A stretch of 63,433 nucleotides of DNA, filler included, from Sphacelaria rigidula (taxonomy: Eukaryota), in NCBI GenBank assembly GCA_964200075.2. It is 11 parts of 11 records of this genome, joined end to end, with 100 filler letters (N's around TTAATTAATTAA, not from the genome) between each part and the next. Parts side by side here need not be neighbours in the genome. Positions count along the whole stretch, not along the records: positions 57,759 to 63,433 come from CAXNAA020025348.1; 10 more parts are not named here. One strand, given 5' to 3'. The first letter of the stretch is position 1; every line of letters begins with the position of its first letter. The notes beneath the pieces are model-generated. The model was not told the origin of the DNA. It did no database searches and saw only the letters and a list, made by a program, of their open reading frames with translations. Positions 58,186-63,433 of the stretch are shown here, piece by piece. Made by a program: the position numbers and the translations under genes.

Positions 58186-61107
58186 AAAGGTACCTACGAT
58201 CACTGGCGGAGAAAAACTCAAAATACTCATCCATTGAAAGATTCGTCATGTTTCATCGTATATGCATGCAAAGATTTAGAGACGAGCTCGAAAAATATGC
58301 GTGAGCACTCGCGGGTGAGTGAATTTTGAAACATTAGCGTGAACTAGCTCGGATATATTTCAGCAACCGCATCTCGATTGTTAAACGTGCTTCGTAGTTT
58401 TGTTGTGGTCGAGCAACCCTATCCCGTCAATGTTTTCACGGTCAATAACACCCTCCTGATAAACGGAGTATTTACTCGTATCGCCCGATAACACCAAACG
58501 ACACTGACTTGGGTACTGTGTTTCGAAAATGATCTCTTTATTGTACCAAAATCTACCGACACTAGCAATTTCGAGTTCTTTCAATGCCTAGTACGGGGGG
58601 GAACCCCCGAAACACCCCTCAATACTTAGACTGCCCACTACTGTAACTATCATACGATTCCCGAGGGGTGCTCGTGTTGATTCCCACGCTTGGAATGAAA
58701 GGTGCCGAAGTATCACCAGGTTTAGTACAAAAATTAGCACTCACGAGTTGGTATCTTCTCTCTCCAAGTAAACTTCACAGGCTTCCCAAGGTCAGGTGAT
58801 CGCAGTTGACATCATCACTGTTCCCGTGCCGTTCGGGGTCGTACCATATGCTTGGAGGCCATGAGGTACGTGTCGGGGGCTTGTTTCCGTCAGAAGGTTA
58901 GCCCCTCTCCTTTCCCGAAACGAGCTCGTCATCTCAAGGGATCGACCCCTCTCTCCCCAGGTACATGGCTGACATTTTGGAGTCGCAGATTGAATCATCA
59001 CCGAACTCCTCAGCACGATATCGACTATTATCAAGTACTCTCTCTGTCCGAAAGTATGAGTCCGATTTGCACCTGATGTCAAATGAAACGCTCTAGGCCA
59101 CGAAAGAGCAGGTGCTGGGTTCGATTCCCTCCTTGAACACGGGGGTTTTTTTCGGAAAAAAAGTTTTTTCTTCTTTTTTTTCCTTCATGCCTTTTTTCGG
59201 TTCAAAGGTCCCAATTTTGAGCACCCTGTAGTTTTGCTACCGCTCAATGGATTTTTTTTTTTCAAAGTGCACGCCTACAGGTGGCTACACAAAGCCAAGA
59301 TTCCACGGAAAAAAGCGACTGAAAAAAACGTTTTCCTCGCCACGTAACTGAGGAAAAACGACACGGTCTTTTTCTTCACTGAACAGTTCTTCGCCCAAAA
59401 ATTCCATGGGAGGGGATGAAAACGAACCAGCCCCTGTTTTAGGCCATTTCTTCGACAGTACTACCATTGGGAGCACGACAAGACAAAATGAGGGAAGATA
59501 ACTTATTGCGACGCTCTGAACGACAAACTGACCTTATATTCCGAATTCCCAAATGGGACTTATATTTTAGGACAGAGTCAGTATTGTATTTCATCATCCG
59601 CGTCCTCAAACTTGCAGTGACGAAAACAGATTCTGCTGGGAAAAAAATGTCTCGAAATTGTTGCAACAAAACAAGACATTACAAAGTAAATAATCGAAAC
59701 GACGAACAAAATAAAAGGGGTTAAACAATCCTGCCCAAAATATGACTTCGAACAAAAAGACAAAAAAAAATGGTTCATCAATAATTGGCATAGGTGCATA
59801 CCTTGAACCGCATGTCGCTCGTCGTGATATCGTAGTCATATTCTGGCTGAAGGGTGGCGATCGCCTGGTTTACCGACACCTGATCCATGGTCCATGACGG
59901 CAACGAAGCAGGGTGGGGGGCGGGAAGTGGGGGGAGGGGGCGTGTACGTTTCATCAAGTCGAGCCGTAATAATTTGGATGAAATCTCCTCCGCTCATCTT
60001 GACCCTTTGACCGACAGGGTAGGTAAACTGTGGAGTTGGCATCATATTTTCATTTGGAGAAATAGCGTGGATTCGAGTTGAGGTTATGGATTGCCTTTGT
60101 AGGTAGACCAAGCCGAAGTCATAAGGATGTTACGGGCATAAAGTTTTGGCGAAGAATACGCGAGAACCCAGATCGAACCGGACCACAGATGAAGCTGGTT
60201 ACAACGCCTTGCAGTATCTTGTCGCAAAAACACGTGCTCCTTGGCAGCATAGCGTAGGGCTCACGTCCTGTGATCTATGCTGCTTGCGCCGGTTGAGTCG
60301 TACCGCGCTCCATTTGTTGGGATTCGTCAGGACTGCAATGAGTCACGGTATGCGTGTACCCGTTAAACATCAGTACAGCTGCGTGGTAGACGATAGTTGC
60401 ACCTCACTCAGCGAGGTGCTGCCACGTGAGCGCTGTGTAGCCTCTGGTGCAGTAAGCATGGCATTTTTGCAGTCACACTAGATCCACCCACAAGTCAGCT
60501 AGCCACACATCAGGCAATCAGCGCAACTAGCACTGGTGTAGTTGCTGCATGTACTACAGGACCGTACCCCTACCCCCCCCCCCGTCCCCGCCCCCTGGCT
60601 ATTGCGAGCTTGGTGCGGTAAGAACCTGGCTTGCTCCGTTCCAGCTTTGTAGGGATGCAATGTTAATCGTCATATGGCCACAGCATGCAAGATCGTGAGT
60701 AACTATAGCATGCAGCATACGCAGTAAATTTTCAGCAGTATCACTCAATACCACCCACCCCCGCTCCACCCAATGAAAGTCTTTACCAATTCAAGCATTT
60801 CAGCTGACTCCTAAGGTGTCGAGGCAACCCATGCCGGTGTAAAGCGTTCGACAGTTGATGGCCACGTGCCGATTGCTGTTGCGTTACGTACTCTCGAGAG
60901 CTTTGCAGTGTAAAGGACTCACCAACCATTTGATCTTCCACGTGCCAATGCATGTCTATCCACCCATCCCACAAAGCTTTCACGTGACCACTCGGCTTTC
61001 ATGTGCCAACACTCCTGCAGTAAAGATCCCCCACCACGCCACAGTCAAAGGCCTCGAGCGCGTATCCCGTGTAACCACACAAGGCACCCCAACGGTAGTT
61101 CTCCCAC

Positions 61108-61371
61108 CTGGTCGTCCTCAGCTTCCACCATAAACTCGTGAAGGGTGCTCTGAAACTTCGCCATGCCTTCCCCTCCGGCGCGGAATAAGATGAATCCCAT
61201 GCACATCGTCACGTGGAAGACAGGGTCACCCAGGTTGCCCGGCCAAGGCGCCCTCGACCCGATAACGTCTCCCTCCAGCAGACTGAGCTCTTTGATCGGA
61301 TCTTTGAGCCATACAGCATCGTTATCGGACAAGACCACGTCTCTTCCGGATTCCACCAAGCAGCGCATCGC
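61108..61371 (-). CDS. Nucleotide-diphospho-sugar transferase (GT77-like, GT-A fold), internal exon
   Basis: cag|AMRCLVESGRDVVLSDNDAVWLKDP...TMCMGFILFR...EDDQ|gt, a 264-nt exon. It has the DxD motif in the G-x-DV-x-x-SDxD-x-VW-x-x-DP context, the GF-x-x-x-R motif and a terminal DQ. Confidence 0.85.
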
Positions 61372-61891
61372 CTGGCGATCCACGAGACGAAAGACGGAAA
61401 CATCAGGCATGCCTGTACCTACATATCCTCGTATATACATCTTGATTTTGGGGCACAAGACAAAAGTGGGTACATCACCATCTATTCAGTCCAAAAGTAG
61501 CTACAGGTAAACACACAATTTGGATCTGTCTATGCTAGGTCCTAGCCACTCGAACATCCAATCCCGACGCAAAAGTAAGGTGCCCACAGCCCACGCAGAG
61601 CATATACACCAATTTTCGCGAGAAAAGAGCGCAATATAGAGCCGAACAGCTCAGCGGGAAACGACGAACTCGCAGAGTACCCTATTCTTTCCGACAATGG
61701 GGTAGGTAAATCCAAAAAAACTACCACGTTTGTGTTGTACCCTATTCCGTCGTATTCTGTCTCTCATAATGTCTAAAATGTACCTGTCTGTGACAACCAT
61801 CAGCCTCACCACAGCCGCTGTCAAACCCATCGCGCAATGGTCAAAGAACATGTCCACCGCTTCTTTTCATCTCTTTCTATGCTGTGATGGC

Positions 61892-62162
61892 TCAAGACTT
61901 CACCGTCGATGATTTCCACCCCAAACAAACGAGAACGTTCCGGAGTGATCGATGCACCCGACGACCTTTGGGCGTGTGCACGCTCGAACGGCACAACAAC
62001 TTGAGAATACGGAACACAGCACGGACAGCACAACAACTTGCTCCGTATTCCGCGACTTGCTTTGCCGTTTGCAAGCGCACGCTCGAAGGTCGTACGGTGG
62101 GTCCATCACTTTGCAGGGGTCTCGCTTGTTTGGGGTGGAAATCACCGACGGCAGGATCTTGA
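61892..62162. mobile_element. Foldback MITE
   Basis: ~125-bp imperfect inverted arms: tcaagacttcaccgtcgatgatttccaccccaaacaa / ttgtttggggtggaaatcaccgacggcaggatcttga. Confidence 0.75.
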
Positions 62163-63433
62163 TCCTCCAGGCCGTCGTAGAAAGAGGTTGAAATAAACGG
62201 TAGAAATGTAATTCGGTCATTCGATATTGTGCCAGTGCGGTAGGTCGGACAGCGGTTGTGGGAGGCCGATAGTGATGCAGCAGAAGACATAAAAGGGTGC
62301 GAGATTAACTTGGCAGTTTTTGTGGGTATACCTGCCCTGTTATCGGTCAAAGACGAGTTCTCTGCGAGGTCCTCGCTTCCCGCCGTGCCGTTTGACCCTA
62401 ATCGCGGTTCGTTTCTGTGAAATTTGGTGCATAAGCTCTCCATGAGCTATGACCGCCTTGCCTTTGCGTCGGGATTGAATTTTCGAGTGGTTAGGGCCTG
62501 GCACGGACAGATCCAACTTGCGCGTTAACCAGTGCCTACTTTTGGGCTGAAATAGGCGCTGATGTACAGTACCCACTTTTGTCTTTTACCCTGGAAGTTT
62601 TTGTCATACTCACTACCTCGTTCAACCAAGTCCGTATATTCAAGGGATCAAACCATATATCCCCCTGTACCTACCTCGAGACTAAGTGTCCACCATTGAC
62701 CTCAGGTGATGACCACTCCCGTAGCCGGTCGATTTAATCGAACTTCGTGGTAATTTGTTTCATCGCGCTTTCAAGGGCAGAAAACAGCACATTTTGCATG
62801 TGCGCATCAGAAAATGCGCGTGACCCTGAAAAAGCCGATCCAACAGGTGATAAAAAAGCGGACGAACCGGAAGGGCCCAGTGTACCAGTATCGGTTGTAT
62901 CTCTTGAGCCTCGACACCTCCGTGTCACCTACAACGAGTCCGACTTCACAACGCCCGGACTACACGGAAGCGTAACTCCTTGACCAAACACCTTGCCCAA
63001 ATGATGCCAGGAAGTAAGCCACGATTAGAGTACCTTCGTCATCAGGAGCATTGATGTACGGCAGCCAGCAGCGAGAGATCCCCACCTTCTTCGATGGTAT
63101 ACGTAATCCTACCCTAGGGTACACACTACAAGTAGCGTGTGCACAGAGCTGAGAGCTGAGTTGTTACATTTGAACTCTTGACAACGCCATTTTGTATTGG
63201 AGAGCTTCTTCTGAGTCATTTTCTTTCGCTTTGCGCAAGGAAGCACGCGCTGAGTATCATCTTAGAGAGTTTTCCCGCATCTGTTGAACAAAAGCACATC
63301 TTGACGGCGAAGATTTCGAGATTTTCACTGCAGGGGCATCAATACACTTGAAAACAAGACAGAGCGTTCGCGCTGGCAAACGTACCCGGACTCGAGTTTC
63401 TGCTGTCCTTCGGAGTCACGGGGGGGGGGGGTG

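Noticed and set aside
30069..61371. Apparent glycosyltransferase cluster (GT47-like plus GT77-like)
   Set aside because: The two genes are on different scaffolds that are adjacent only because of length sorting.

Overview
This window is not one locus. It is 11 unrelated scaffolds of 5676 or 5675 bp, joined by identical 100-bp artificial spacers (N44-TTAATTAATTAA-N44), which suggests a length-sorted, concatenated draft assembly. The DNA is eukaryotic, with short GT-AG exons in long, repeat-rich introns. The intron density, a predicted bipartite plastid-targeting N-terminus and a flagellar RIB43A-like gene suggest a photosynthetic stramenopile, probably a brown alga (inference). Most six-frame ORFs are spurious. 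Splicing exons by hand with phase checks gave partial models for: a Deg/HtrA protease; a nocturnin/CCR4-like EEP phosphatase head-to-head with a putative plastid protein carrying at least 6 SAP/HeH-like repeats; an exostosin/GT47-like glycosyltransferase; a GT77-like sugar transferase exon; a RIB43A-like protein; and three unknown proteins. The rest is transposon-derived: two tRNA-derived SINE families, a shared LINE-like 3' end, piggyBac-, Harbinger- and Tc1/mariner-type and long-TIR MITEs, Copia-like gag remnants, a very abundant G-tract-anchored short repeat, and an intronic 84-bp minisatellite. I found no CRISPR array, rRNA or intact tRNA. No multi-gene system can be inferred across the spacers. 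All family assignments come from motif recognition, not database searches.
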